Below, in pieces: positions 1 to 8,964 of a DNA stretch of 64,000 nucleotides. The DNA comes from Candidatus Forterrea multitransposorum CG_2015-17_Forterrea_25_41 (GTDB lineage Archaea > Iainarchaeota > Iainarchaeia > Iainarchaeales > CSSED10-239). Each line of letters opens with the position of its first letter. The stretch's first letter is position 1. The stretch covers positions 544,001-608,000 of the forward strand of contig CP045477.1 of assembly GCA_009392915.1 (NCBI GenBank), written 5' to 3'. The notes under the pieces were generated by a model that saw only the letters and a list, made by a program, of their open reading frames with translations, had not been told where the DNA came from and ran no database searches. The position numbers and the translations under genes are program-made.

Positions 1-153
1 ATAAAAAAACCTTATCAAATTATGTATCAACTTATAAATATTATATATTACAATAAGTTTAAATACATATCATTTTAGATATCAAAATGGATATTAAATA
101 TAAATATCATTCTTTTTCGTCATAAGTTATCTATTGACTTAAAAGGTGATGTT

Positions 154-294
154 ATGTGTAGAGTTATATTTACTCTTCCCAAATATATAAAACAAAAATT
201 AGAAAAAATAGCAAAAGAAAAAAATACAACACAATCTGAATTGATTAGAGCCTCTCTTTATTTGTATTTAGATAAGGAGAGTGATAATAAATGA
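154..294 (+). CDS. Ribbon-helix-helix (CopG/Arc-like) DNA-binding protein, 46 aa (not in the ORF track)
   Basis: Translation is MCRVIFTLPKYIKQKLEKIAKEKNTTQSELIRASLYLYLDKESDNK: a beta-strand (VIFTLP) followed by two helices, the classic RHH pattern. A GGTGAT Shine-Dalgarno sits 5 nt upstream of the ATG at 154. The stop TGA overlaps the next ATG (ATGA at 291-294). Confidence 0.6.
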   Translation: MCRVIFTLPKYIKQKLEKIAKEKNTTQSELIRASLYLYLDKESDNK

Positions 295-923
295 TATTCT
301 CAAAAGCACATAAAACATATACTAGTTGGTTAAAATCAGCTAGTAAAACAAGATATACATTTAAAATCATTAGAAAACATTCAATATTTCCTAACTATAA
401 CTTAAAACAATTAAGAAATACTAAACTAAGTGGTTATTTTCTTAATAAAACAAATTGGAATAATTTAACTAATATTCAAAAAGCTAATAGAAAACAAGTA
501 ACAAACGCACTTAGACAAATAAGAAAGGGCTATTCATTAAAAGATGTTGTTAAAATTAATGGAATTAACAAAGAAACAATACAAAAACACTTAGGAAATT
601 ATCTATTCAAAAGAAAAGGCAAATGGCAAGTAAGAAAAACAGATAGATTACAACTAAAACTAATGATTTTTGAAAAAAGAATGTGTGCAAGAACAATAAT
701 TACTACAAATTCTAAAGATAGACAATTAATTGGTAAATATTTTGCTAATGTTAAACTAGCTCTTAGAGAAAATAACCCTTATTATCTAAAACAATTCAAA
801 AATAAGAAAATAATTGATGCTTATGGAAAAGCACATCATTTTGAAACAGATTTAGATAGATTAAAAATGTGTGAAGAAGCTATAGAAGAGCCAGAATATT
901 TGGAAATATATAGAAATAGATGA
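291..923 (+). CDS. Hypothetical protein with a putative HTH segment, element-encoded
   Basis: 210 aa and basic. An HTH-like stretch (SLKDVVKINGINKETIQKHL) is present. It is translationally coupled to the upstream RHH gene. Function unknown; a terminal-protein role is only speculation. Confidence 0.4.
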   Translation: MIFSKAHKTYTSWLKSASKTRYTFKIIRKHSIFPNYNLKQLRNTKLSGYFLNKTNWNNLTNIQKANRKQVTNALRQIRKGYSLKDVVKINGINKETIQKHLGNYLFKRKGKWQVRKTDRLQLKLMIFEKRMCARTIITTNSKDRQLIGKYFANVKLALRENNPYYLKQFKNKKIIDAYGKAHHFETDLDRLKMCEEAIEEPEYLEIYRNR

Positions 924-927
924 TATT

Positions 928-1248
928 ATGACTGAACAAATAGGCAGTGGTCTTTCTTGTTATCTTTGTGGAGAAGACCATCCAGCAGTAATTAAGAAAT
1001 TAGAATTACATCATATTGATGGTAAAGCTAATTCAAATACCACTGTTGCTATTTGTCAAAATTGTCATAATAAAATTACTTGTGAACAAAATAAACTATC
1101 TCCTAAATTGAGATCTAATAAAAATAAAGATTCTTTGATCAAGTTAGGTTATCAATTATTAAGTCACGGGGCTTTATTGAAGACTTTAGGAGAAACACAA
1201 ATAAAAATTGGAAAAGAGATGATTGAATATGAAAAAAATAATACTTAG
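928..1248 (+). CDS. HNH endonuclease
   Basis: Motifs CYLCGEDHP...LHHIDG...N...CQNCHNKI give two Cys pairs plus HH-N-H, an HNH zinc-finger nuclease signature. Its 3' end overlaps the PolB start. Confidence 0.6.
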   Translation: MTEQIGSGLSCYLCGEDHPAVIKKLELHHIDGKANSNTTVAICQNCHNKITCEQNKLSPKLRSNKNKDSLIKLGYQLLSHGALLKTLGETQIKIGKEMIEYEKNNT

Positions 1249-2791
1249 AGCATTTGCTAATGTTAATACAAATAAGAAAGACTATACTACAGAAATTAAA
1301 AAACATAGAAGAGTTTTAGTATTTGATACTGAAACAACTACTGATGAATATCAAAACCTTAAGATAGGGTTCTTTCAGGTTTATCAAGATAATATTAAGG
1401 TAAATGAAGGTTTATTCTATATAAATGACTTACCTAATGAAGATATTAAGGTTCTACAAAAATATTCTAGAACCTACCCTACCTCACTATATACCTTAGA
1501 TAAATTTAAAGATATATTCTATAAAGAAGTGTATAATAGAGGTACGTTATGTATTGGTTATAATCTAGCTTTTGATATATCTAGAATAGCTCAAAAATAT
1601 GGATATTCTAGAAAATATAATAAGGGTGGGTTTACATTTACTTTATCTAAGGATATAAACAAACCTCCTATAATTATTAAAAAATTAGGTGATGCTAATA
1701 CTTTTAAATTTCAAAGAAATATTGCTAATAAAGGTAAATCTTACAAAAGTGGTTATTTTTTAGATGTTCAAACAATATCTAAAATAATATTAGATAAGAG
1801 AAGGATTAGTTTAGATAAATCCTGTGAAATATTAAATACAACAACTAAAAAAATGAAAAATATCACACATGGAAAAATAACTAAACTTTATATTGATTAT
1901 TTAATTACTGATGTGAAGTCTACATTTGAAGTATATTTAGAATTATTAAAAGAATTTAAAAAATATGATATTGATATTCCATTAGAAAAAACATATAGTT
2001 CAGCATCTCTAGGTAAACAAGCATTAGCTCAATTAGGAATAAAATCTTTTTTTAATTGTAATCCGAATTTTAGTAAAGAATTAATCGGAATTATAATGTC
2101 TACTTATTATGGTGGAAGATGTGAATGTGTTTATAGAAAAAAACCAGTTAAAATTGATTATCTTGATTTTACTTCAATGTATCCTACTATTACCTTATTA
2201 TATGGTATTTGGGACTTTATAATTGCAGAACAAATAACTACTGAAGATGTTACTGATGAAATAAAAAATTTAGTTGAGAATATAGATTTAGAAAGTTTAA
2301 AAAATAAAGAATTATTTAGACAATTTAATGTACTTGTGAAAATTAAACCAAACAAAGATTTATTGCCAATTAGATTTGATTATAAAAACAAAAATGAAAA
2401 TAATAACTTAGGATTAAATTATCTTACAAGTGATAAAGAATTATGGTATACTTTACCGGATATAATTTCATCAAAAATACTAACTGGAAAAGCACCTCAA
2501 ATACTTGAAGCTATTAGATTTAAACCCAATGGAATACAAAGTGATCTTAAAAAATCTAAAATTGTTGGAGTAAATATAAACCCTAAGAAAGAAAATTTAA
2601 TTAAAATTTGTGTAGATAAAAGACAAGAAATTAAAAAAGAGATAAAAGAGTTAAAAAAAGATGATTTAGAATCTAAAAGACTTGATGGTATTCAGAGAGC
2701 CCTTAAAATTTTAGTTAATACTTTTAGTTATGGTATATTTATTGAATTAAATCCTAAAGAGGTAAAAAATAACATTAAATTTATGGTTTAA
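1223..2791 (+). CDS. Protein-primed family B DNA polymerase, N-terminal part (3'-5' exonuclease plus pol motifs A and B)
   Basis: Exo I is VLVFDTETTTDEY (DxE). Exo II is YNLAFDISRI. Exo III is YIDYLITDV (Yx3D). A YxGG-like motif is YYGGRCE. Motif A is LDFTSMYPT (DxxSxYPS). Motif B is KILVNTFSYGIF (Kx3NSxYG). The ORF stops shortly after motif B. Confidence 0.7.
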   Translation: MNMKKIILRAFANVNTNKKDYTTEIKKHRRVLVFDTETTTDEYQNLKIGFFQVYQDNIKVNEGLFYINDLPNEDIKVLQKYSRTYPTSLYTLDKFKDIFYKEVYNRGTLCIGYNLAFDISRIAQKYGYSRKYNKGGFTFTLSKDINKPPIIIKKLGDANTFKFQRNIANKGKSYKSGYFLDVQTISKIILDKRRISLDKSCEILNTTTKKMKNITHGKITKLYIDYLITDVKSTFEVYLELLKEFKKYDIDIPLEKTYSSASLGKQALAQLGIKSFFNCNPNFSKELIGIIMSTYYGGRCECVYRKKPVKIDYLDFTSMYPTITLLYGIWDFIIAEQITTEDVTDEIKNLVENIDLESLKNKELFRQFNVLVKIKPNKDLLPIRFDYKNKNENNNLGLNYLTSDKELWYTLPDIISSKILTGKAPQILEAIRFKPNGIQSDLKKSKIVGVNINPKKENLIKICVDKRQEIKKEIKELKKDDLESKRLDGIQRALKILVNTFSYGIFIELNPKEVKNNIKFMV

Positions 2792-3804
2792 ATGAATTTT
2801 CTTCTGATGTAAAACATATAGAAAATATTGGTAAATATTTCAATCCTATATTAGGCACGATAATAACCTCAGGAGCAAGATTATTTTTAGCTATAGCTCA
2901 ATCAATTACAGAAAAACAAGGGTATAAGCACGTTTATATGGATACAGACAGTATTTTAGTTCCTATTGAGGTATCTAGTAAGGTAATAAATTATTTTAAA
3001 CCTTTAAATCCTTATTCTTCAGATATAGCTTTACTTAAAAAAGAGAAAGAAGATGTATGTTTCTATGGTATTTGTAGTAAAAGATATTGTTTATATAATT
3101 TTAAAAATAAAAAAATTGAACTTATGGATTATAAATTACATGGTTTAGGGCATCTTATTAATCCTTGGAGTAATAAAAAGGATTGGCATAAGGATGTTTG
3201 GTTAGATATATTGAATTTACATTATAATTATATTACATCAGCAGAAATTTATGAAAAATATTCTGTAGTTTATGGAATATCTAGATTTACAGTATCTACT
3301 CCACATTTAATTAAGAGATTTAATACAATTAATAATGATAGACCTTATGAAGAACAAATTAAACCATCTAATTTTTTTTATTTAGGGTTTTCTGTAAATA
3401 AGAATAATTCTGTAAAACCATTAGTGCCTTTTGGAGGAAATCCTCAAAAGTTGGTTTATGATGAATTTATTGATTATAATACTGGAAAGGTAATGCAAGG
3501 TTGTGAGTATTGGAAACCTTTAGGAAATACAATCTTAGAGTATATTGATCATTCAGAGTATAAGTTAGATGGGGGTATTGGGCAATTAGAAAGAAAACAT
3601 ATTGTTTGTAATGATATTCAGTATATAGGAAAAGAAGCAAACAATATTGATGAAGAAGCTATATCTTCTTTTAAACCTATTGAGTATAAGAACAATAATC
3701 AGTTTAAGAAGGATCTTAGGTCATTGAATAATAAGGAGTTGATGCAAAAGTACCATTTCAAGACTAGGAGTCACATCAAGTATTGGAGAGATAAATTATT
3801 CTAA
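2779..3804 (+). CDS. Protein-primed family B DNA polymerase, C-terminal part (Tx2GR, motif C, KxY). It lies in the -1 frame relative to the N-terminal part.
   Basis: The frame is open from 2779: IYWLNEFSSDVKHIENIGKYFNPILGTIITSGARLFLAIAQSITEKQGYKHVYMDTDSILV. ITSGAR is the Tx2G/AR motif of protein-priming PolBs. YMDTDSI is motif C (YxDTDS). KRYCLY is KxY-like. The two parts together would give about 860 aa. The first ATG is at 2938. Confidence 0.65.
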   Translation: MYGLNEFSSDVKHIENIGKYFNPILGTIITSGARLFLAIAQSITEKQGYKHVYMDTDSILVPIEVSSKVINYFKPLNPYSSDIALLKKEKEDVCFYGICSKRYCLYNFKNKKIELMDYKLHGLGHLINPWSNKKDWHKDVWLDILNLHYNYITSAEIYEKYSVVYGISRFTVSTPHLIKRFNTINNDRPYEEQIKPSNFFYLGFSVNKNNSVKPLVPFGGNPQKLVYDEFIDYNTGKVMQGCEYWKPLGNTILEYIDHSEYKLDGGIGQLERKHIVCNDIQYIGKEANNIDEEAISSFKPIEYKNNNQFKKDLRSLNNKELMQKYHFKTRSHIKYWRDKLF

Positions 3805-5013
3805 CGATTCATATTCATAGCAATGTTTTTTTTTAGTATTTTTAATAACTAATCTTTTATCCATATCTTTATAAACTTCAGGAGGCATAAAAGTATTTTT
3901 ACCAAAAGTTACAAAATTATATTTAGTCATATCCTTAATATCTGTTTTTAAAACACCTATAATAAATGATAATTTTTGTTTAGTTTTATAATATAAAGTC
4001 CAACAAGTAAATTTATTTTTAATTAAAATATCATCTTTTTTACCATTTGAAAAAGCGCAATAAATACCAAAATCAAAATTATCCCAACCTAAAAATCTTT
4101 GGACATAATTTTTATTAGATTTTTTAAATTCAATGTATTTCTTAAATATTTCAATACCAAAATTACATTTTTGAAATGAATTTAATTTTAAAATTTGTTC
4201 AATAAATAAATAATCATCTTGCGATTCACACTTTTCTAATTGAAATATTAAGTCATCTATAAATACACTATATTTTTCATTATTCTTTTTAATATCTAGT
4301 TGATTTTTTAAAAACTCTTTATAATTAAATTCATCAAATAATATTAAACTCGCATCAACCCACTTTTTTGTAAGTTCAGCAATACCGTCTTTATTTTGTA
4401 AGTAAATACCTAATATATTTCTTTCTGAATCTAATAAATTATTTTTATTTATGATTAGTTCTCTTTTATCTAAATAATCTATGAAGTCAACAGGTGTGTG
4501 TATATAATTTATAATTTCATTTATTTCTGTATAATTAAAAATATGTGGCATTATTTTAATATTTGATGATTCTTTTTGTGTAATTGATAACAATCCTTTA
4601 TTTGCTAATTCATAATTTCCATTATTAATAACAACACCATAGATTTTCTTAATTTTTTTAAAATTACTATTTGTTAATTTTATATTTTCATTAAATTTAT
4701 TTTTAATATTCACATGAATTTTATTTTCTTTGATTCTATTTATACTTGCACGTAATTGTTTTGTTGGATTGTATATAGCTTTTTGTATATATCTTTTATC
4801 GATAATATCATGTATTTTTGTTTTTATTTGAATAATTATAGCAACATCATTTAATAAAATAATGAAATCGCATAACTCTTTATTATTTTCTAATTGTGGA
4901 TTTGGAAAAACAAAATATTTATGAAAAATAGGTTGTAAAATATTATTATATATTTTTTCTTCAAAAGAATCTTTAAAGTTATAATTATTATTCATAAATA
5001 AATAATATTGCAA
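3796..5013 (-). CDS. Hypothetical protein with a possible PD-(D/E)xK / NERD-like nuclease motif
   Basis: 405 aa. The N-terminal segment CDFIILLNDVAIIIQIKTK resembles a D...(E/Q)xK restriction-endonuclease-fold core. The rest is unassignable by eye. Confidence 0.3.
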   Translation of the reverse strand: MQYYLFMNNNYNFKDSFEEKIYNNILQPIFHKYFVFPNPQLENNKELCDFIILLNDVAIIIQIKTKIHDIIDKRYIQKAIYNPTKQLRASINRIKENKIHVNIKNKFNENIKLTNSNFKKIKKIYGVVINNGNYELANKGLLSITQKESSNIKIMPHIFNYTEINEIINYIHTPVDFIDYLDKRELIINKNNLLDSERNILGIYLQNKDGIAELTKKWVDASLILFDEFNYKEFLKNQLDIKKNNEKYSVFIDDLIFQLEKCESQDDYLFIEQILKLNSFQKCNFGIEIFKKYIEFKKSNKNYVQRFLGWDNFDFGIYCAFSNGKKDDILIKNKFTCWTLYYKTKQKLSFIIGVLKTDIKDMTKYNFVTFGKNTFMPPEVYKDMDKRLVIKNTKKKHCYEYESLE

Positions 5014-5126
5014 AATATGTATAAATATTACTATTAGAACAAACGTACAAAAATAATTAGATATATATAACCCGGCTTCTTTTTATTATTTTATTTTCAC
5101 TCTTTGAAAGTTTTTTATTCTTTTCT

Positions 5127-5423
5127 ATGAATAAAGATTACAACAATTACATTATTTCAGTAATAGGAGGATTAACAACTGGTTTTATAATTATTATAAT
5201 TCCAGAATTATTAAAAGTTATATTTGATAAAAATATAAAACTATTTATTAAAATTATTTTTCTAATTGGGATGATATTATTTTTAATATGGAGTTTATTG
5301 TTTGTAGGAAATAAATTCTTTTTAAAACAAAAAAAACGTACTAAAGAATTAAACAAATTAATAATAACAAGTATTATATTTATTCTTATTAATATTATAT
5401 TAGAGTGCTTAATAAATCTGTAA
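5127..5423 (+). CDS. Small hydrophobic membrane protein (hypothetical)
   Basis: 98 aa with two or three predicted TM helices. It is preferred over the antisense 69-aa ORF because it is longer and more hydrophobic. Confidence 0.3.
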   Translation: MNKDYNNYIISVIGGLTTGFIIIIIPELLKVIFDKNIKLFIKIIFLIGMILFLIWSLLFVGNKFFLKQKKRTKELNKLIITSIIFILINIILECLINL

Positions 5424-5508
5424 TTATTATTTTTTTATTAAATTAACATAAATTATAAAAAAACATTTTTATTTAAAAAAATAATTTTTATATTTAATAA
5501 AATAAAAA

Positions 5509-6387
5509 TTAATGATAATGCACAGATAACGTTAAAACTCCCGCTTCTTTATATTCACCACGATAATTTTTTACATGCCCATGATAATGATATTTAAAAT
5601 TACATTTCTTTTTTAAATCATATATATTAATTGATCCTAAATTGTAAAACGTAATACCAGGACAGTGAGATACAAAAATTGTTTTATTACTAAAATAAGT
5701 TCTAAAAAAATCAATTCGTTTTTTATCCATTCTCAAACTATTATCAATTGAAGAAATATATTTTTCTTTACCAGATTTATCAGAATTAACTCCTGTTAAA
5801 TATAAATCTTTATTTAAATATATTAGTTCTAAATCCATAGGATTATAAAAATTAGGGTTATTTATAATTTTATAAATTATTGGAATATTATTAAAATAAT
5901 TATTTAATTCCATTAAATCTCCATTAAAAAATGAACCCATAATATATTTTCTTTGAGGAAAAGCCAATATACTATCGTGATTTCCAGAATAAAATAATAT
6001 TCTTATGTCTTTTTTAACACAATAATTTTCAAAATCAATAAAATTATCAATCTCATTTTTATTTTTAGAATAAATTAATTCAGATAGTAAATTACCAAAA
6101 TCTTCTGAAGTAATATTAAGTAAATTATTTTTATTTTTGTTTAAATAATCATACACTTGAAATTCATTCCAATAAGATTTTAAAAAAGAAAAAATATCTC
6201 CTAAAAACACAACTAATTTAATTTTTTTAGCACATAAAATTTTAATTAACTTTTTTTTTATTATTAAAGAAAATCTTTCAATATCTGATATAAAATAAAT
6301 TTCATCTAATTCAATATCTTTATTAAATAAACGATGAAAATCAAATTTTATATTAATTAAATTAGGCACTATTTTTTTATCCTTCAA
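5509..6387 (-). CDS. Calcineurin-like metallophosphoesterase
   Basis: Ordered MPE motifs: DxH-like (FDFHRLF), GD (FLGDIFS), GNHD (YSGNHDS), GH (HYHGHV). Confidence 0.6.
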   Translation of the reverse strand: MKDKKIVPNLINIKFDFHRLFNKDIELDEIYFISDIERFSLIIKKKLIKILCAKKIKLVVFLGDIFSFLKSYWNEFQVYDYLNKNKNNLLNITSEDFGNLLSELIYSKNKNEIDNFIDFENYCVKKDIRILFYSGNHDSILAFPQRKYIMGSFFNGDLMELNNYFNNIPIIYKIINNPNFYNPMDLELIYLNKDLYLTGVNSDKSGKEKYISSIDNSLRMDKKRIDFFRTYFSNKTIFVSHCPGITFYNLGSINIYDLKKKCNFKYHYHGHVKNYRGEYKEAGVLTLSVHYH

Positions 6388-6438
6388 TATTTATCTCCCC
6401 TATATACTTATTCACATTAAACAATATATTCAAAAATA

Positions 6439-7047
6439 TTATTTATAAAGTTTTATTCCTTCCAAAAGATCTATTCCAATAGATTTTTTTACTGCAATTT
6501 CCCTTATATATGAAACTATAGATTTATCTAAACAATCCCAATATCCAAATTTATCTATTAAATAAGCAATTAATTGAAAATACATATATTCAAATCTATA
6601 ATCTTCCTCATAATATAATGGGAAATGAATAAAATTATTTCTTTGATTTCCAATTAAATTAAATAAACTTTCGATTAATTCTTTATTTGAATCTTTATTA
6701 TTAATAATATATGAAAATAACTTAAATTTTAATTTACCTAAAGTTCTATTTTTAATTGGTATTTGTAAATAATTTATTGGATCTTTATCAATTAATATTA
6801 TTTTAACTAATCCTTCAACACAAATATTTAACAAAATAATATGAGAAATTTCCTCTGTAGTAGAATCTTCTTTTAATTTTTTATAATTATTTAACAAAAA
6901 TTTAAATTGCTTAAATAAATTAGCTATAAATTTTTGTTTTTTTTCATCTACATCAACTTTATCTAATAATTTACATTCCATAATTAAAGAGAGTTTTTGT
7001 AACTCTTTTAAACGATTATTTAATTCTTTAACCATAATTTCACACAT
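6439..7047 (-). CDS. Hypothetical protein with a HEPN-like Rx4H motif
   Basis: 202 aa, helical. GNQRNNFIHFPLY contains R-x4-H. Nothing else is recognisable. Confidence 0.35.
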   Translation of the reverse strand: MCEIMVKELNNRLKELQKLSLIMECKLLDKVDVDEKKQKFIANLFKQFKFLLNNYKKLKEDSTTEEISHIILLNICVEGLVKIILIDKDPINYLQIPIKNRTLGKLKFKLFSYIINNKDSNKELIESLFNLIGNQRNNFIHFPLYYEEDYRFEYMYFQLIAYLIDKFGYWDCLDKSIVSYIREIAVKKSIGIDLLEGIKLYK

Positions 7048-7065
7048 TTATTTTATAAATTTAAT

Positions 7066-7935
7066 TTATTTAATTAAATCAGATATTTTAACACTTAACA
7101 CATAACCAATTCTTGAAAGGTCTTTTGTTTCAATATTAATTACTCTTAAATTATTGTTTTCTAAAATCTTATTTTTATTTGCATATCTTTTTATTTCTTT
7201 ATTTCTTTTTTCTTCATTTAATGAATTTAATCCTCCATTAAATTCAATATAAATATCTTCTTTAGGTAAATAAAAATCAATTAATCTATATTCTGCTTTA
7301 TCACCTTTTAAAAAATCAACATAATATTCAGGAATATACCTAATTTTTAATTCTTGCAGAGAAAGTGCAACTAATTTTTCTCCTTCACTCCTAGTTTTCA
7401 AATAATTTTCTTTATTAATAGTTTTTAATTTTTTTTTATTAATATCTAATAACCAATTTACATACCATTGATAGGTATCCCATTGATCCCATTTTTCTCC
7501 TGCATAAAAATGTTTAGATTCATTATCTTTTCTATAATAAAATCTTCTCCAATCATGAGGAGTAGTTTTTATAATAAATGTAGTTTGTTTATCTTTTTTA
7601 ATATAAACATCCTCTTTATTAACTACTAAATGTTTCATATGATTAGGAAACATTTTTTCAGAACCTGGTTTTTCAATATTTGGATCATATCCACAAGCTA
7701 AATGAAAATGAATAGTAACTTTATTTATTTTTATATTTGCACAAAATTTTTTATCATCAATAATTACACAGTATGGTTCTGAAGGAAACCAATCTTTAAC
7801 CATATCTTGAAAAATTTCGGATGCTTTAGAATATTGACAATCTTTCTTAAATTTATCATATTTTTTTTTATCATACCTAGCATTAATTAATCTTTCTGAA
7901 TTTGTTAATTTGTAATCCTTTAATAAATAACTCAT
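7066..7935 (-). CDS. Hypothetical protein with a C-terminal DUF559/Vsr-like (PD-(D/E)xK) endonuclease-like segment
   Basis: C-terminal RLIDFYLPKEDIYIEFNGGLN...RNKEIKRYANKNKILENNNLRVINIE resembles the D...IExDG core of DUF559/very-short-patch-repair-like domains. N-terminal 200 aa unknown. Confidence 0.35.
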   Translation of the reverse strand: MSYLLKDYKLTNSERLINARYDKKKYDKFKKDCQYSKASEIFQDMVKDWFPSEPYCVIIDDKKFCANIKINKVTIHFHLACGYDPNIEKPGSEKMFPNHMKHLVVNKEDVYIKKDKQTTFIIKTTPHDWRRFYYRKDNESKHFYAGEKWDQWDTYQWYVNWLLDINKKKLKTINKENYLKTRSEGEKLVALSLQELKIRYIPEYYVDFLKGDKAEYRLIDFYLPKEDIYIEFNGGLNSLNEEKRNKEIKRYANKNKILENNNLRVINIETKDLSRIGYVLSVKISDLIK

Positions 7936-7945
7936 AATAACCCTC

Positions 7946-8515
7946 TTATCTTTTTTTAAAATTTCTTTTTCTTGAATGATTAAATTTAGAATTCTTATTA
8001 AAGCGACTAGATAAATTAGAAGGCTGTCTTTTAAAAGATCTAAATTTATTTACTTTTCTCTTTAAATAATGTGTAATTGTATAATATTTAATAAAATTTA
8101 AAATAATTATTGCAATTAAAATATAAATTAATAATTCTAAAATTAAAGAAAATAATGAAAAATCACTTAAATTAAGTATTATTTTTACAAATAAACCAAT
8201 AATAGGAATTAATAATAAACTAATATAAATTTCAATTAAAAAAAATCTATTTTTCGAATCTAATAAATACAGTCCACGTAACAGATTTTTGATAAAACTA
8301 ATAATTGTTTTAATAATTACAATAAATATAACTATTAAAGAAATAGAAAAATAAATTGTTTTTTTTATTTCACTAAGATTTGAAGATTTTATTAAAATAT
8401 TAATTAAAATAAAAAAAATCAATGTTGAGCAATAATATAAAAGGTTATTTTTATTTTCATTCCAAAAACGATGCCAAATATCTTTATGTAAAAAACTTTT
8501 ATGTTTTTTAATCAT
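7946..8515 (-). CDS. Polytopic membrane protein with a basic C-terminal tail (hypothetical)
   Basis: Four or five hydrophobic helices, then an R/K-rich tail. Confidence 0.35.
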   Translation of the reverse strand: MIKKHKSFLHKDIWHRFWNENKNNLLYYCSTLIFFILINILIKSSNLSEIKKTIYFSISLIVIFIVIIKTIISFIKNLLRGLYLLDSKNRFFLIEIYISLLLIPIIGLFVKIILNLSDFSLFSLILELLIYILIAIIILNFIKYYTITHYLKRKVNKFRSFKRQPSNLSSRFNKNSKFNHSRKRNFKKR

Positions 8516-8793
8516 ATATATTAAATTAATCCATTTATTTATAAATCTATTTAATTATATAAATTATTAAAATTAATATAAAATTTATTAATTAATTTAA
8601 TTTTATTTATAAGCTAATATATATTTCGAAAATCAGTATAATATTTATAAAAATACTACAAAAACTATATATTCTATAATAAATAACATTAAATCTCTTT
8701 TTAGGTATTAATAAAAATAAGAAAATAAATTATTTTTTTAAAGAAGGAATAATTTATTTTTCAAATTATTTATTTACATTTAGTATGTTTATT

Positions 8794-8964
8794 TTATTTT
8801 TTATGAGAAAATAAACCCCAAACTAAAAATATTACAAACAATACTACAAATATATAGAATAACACTAATGCAATGTTAGTTGCAACATCTGAAATTCTTC
8901 CAAAACCAAAAATTGCAGAAATTATTGCTATTACTAAAAATATAATTGCCCATCTAAGAAACAT
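8794..8964 (-). CDS. DUF1328/UPF0391-family small membrane protein, 56 aa (not in the ORF track)
   Basis: The reverse complement translates to MFLRWAIIFLVIAIISAIFGFGRISDVATNIALVLFYIFVVLFVIFLVWGLFSHKK. The start (MFLRWAIIFLVIA...FGFG) matches the conserved N-terminus of UPF0391 proteins. Confidence 0.55.
   Translation of the reverse strand: MFLRWAIIFLVIAIISAIFGFGRISDVATNIALVLFYIFVVLFVIFLVWGLFSHKK

Larger units (their letters stand above)
1..5100. mobile_element. Partial integrated mobile element / provirus-like module (RHH regulator, HTH protein, HNH endonuclease, protein-primed PolB, nuclease-like ORF). The window starts inside it, so the boundaries are not seen.
   Basis: Gene content is typical of small linear plasmids, viruses and casposon-like elements: pPolB with Exo I-III, motifs A/B/C and Tx2GR, plus HNH and RHH genes. 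No terminal repeats or att sites could be identified because the left end is cut off. Confidence 0.45.

Noticed and set aside
8516-8793. Remaining AT-rich gap upstream of the DUF1328 gene, considered as a possible element border or origin-like region
   Set aside because: It contains only simple A/T runs. I found no inverted or direct repeats of convincing length, so nothing can be supported from sequence alone.
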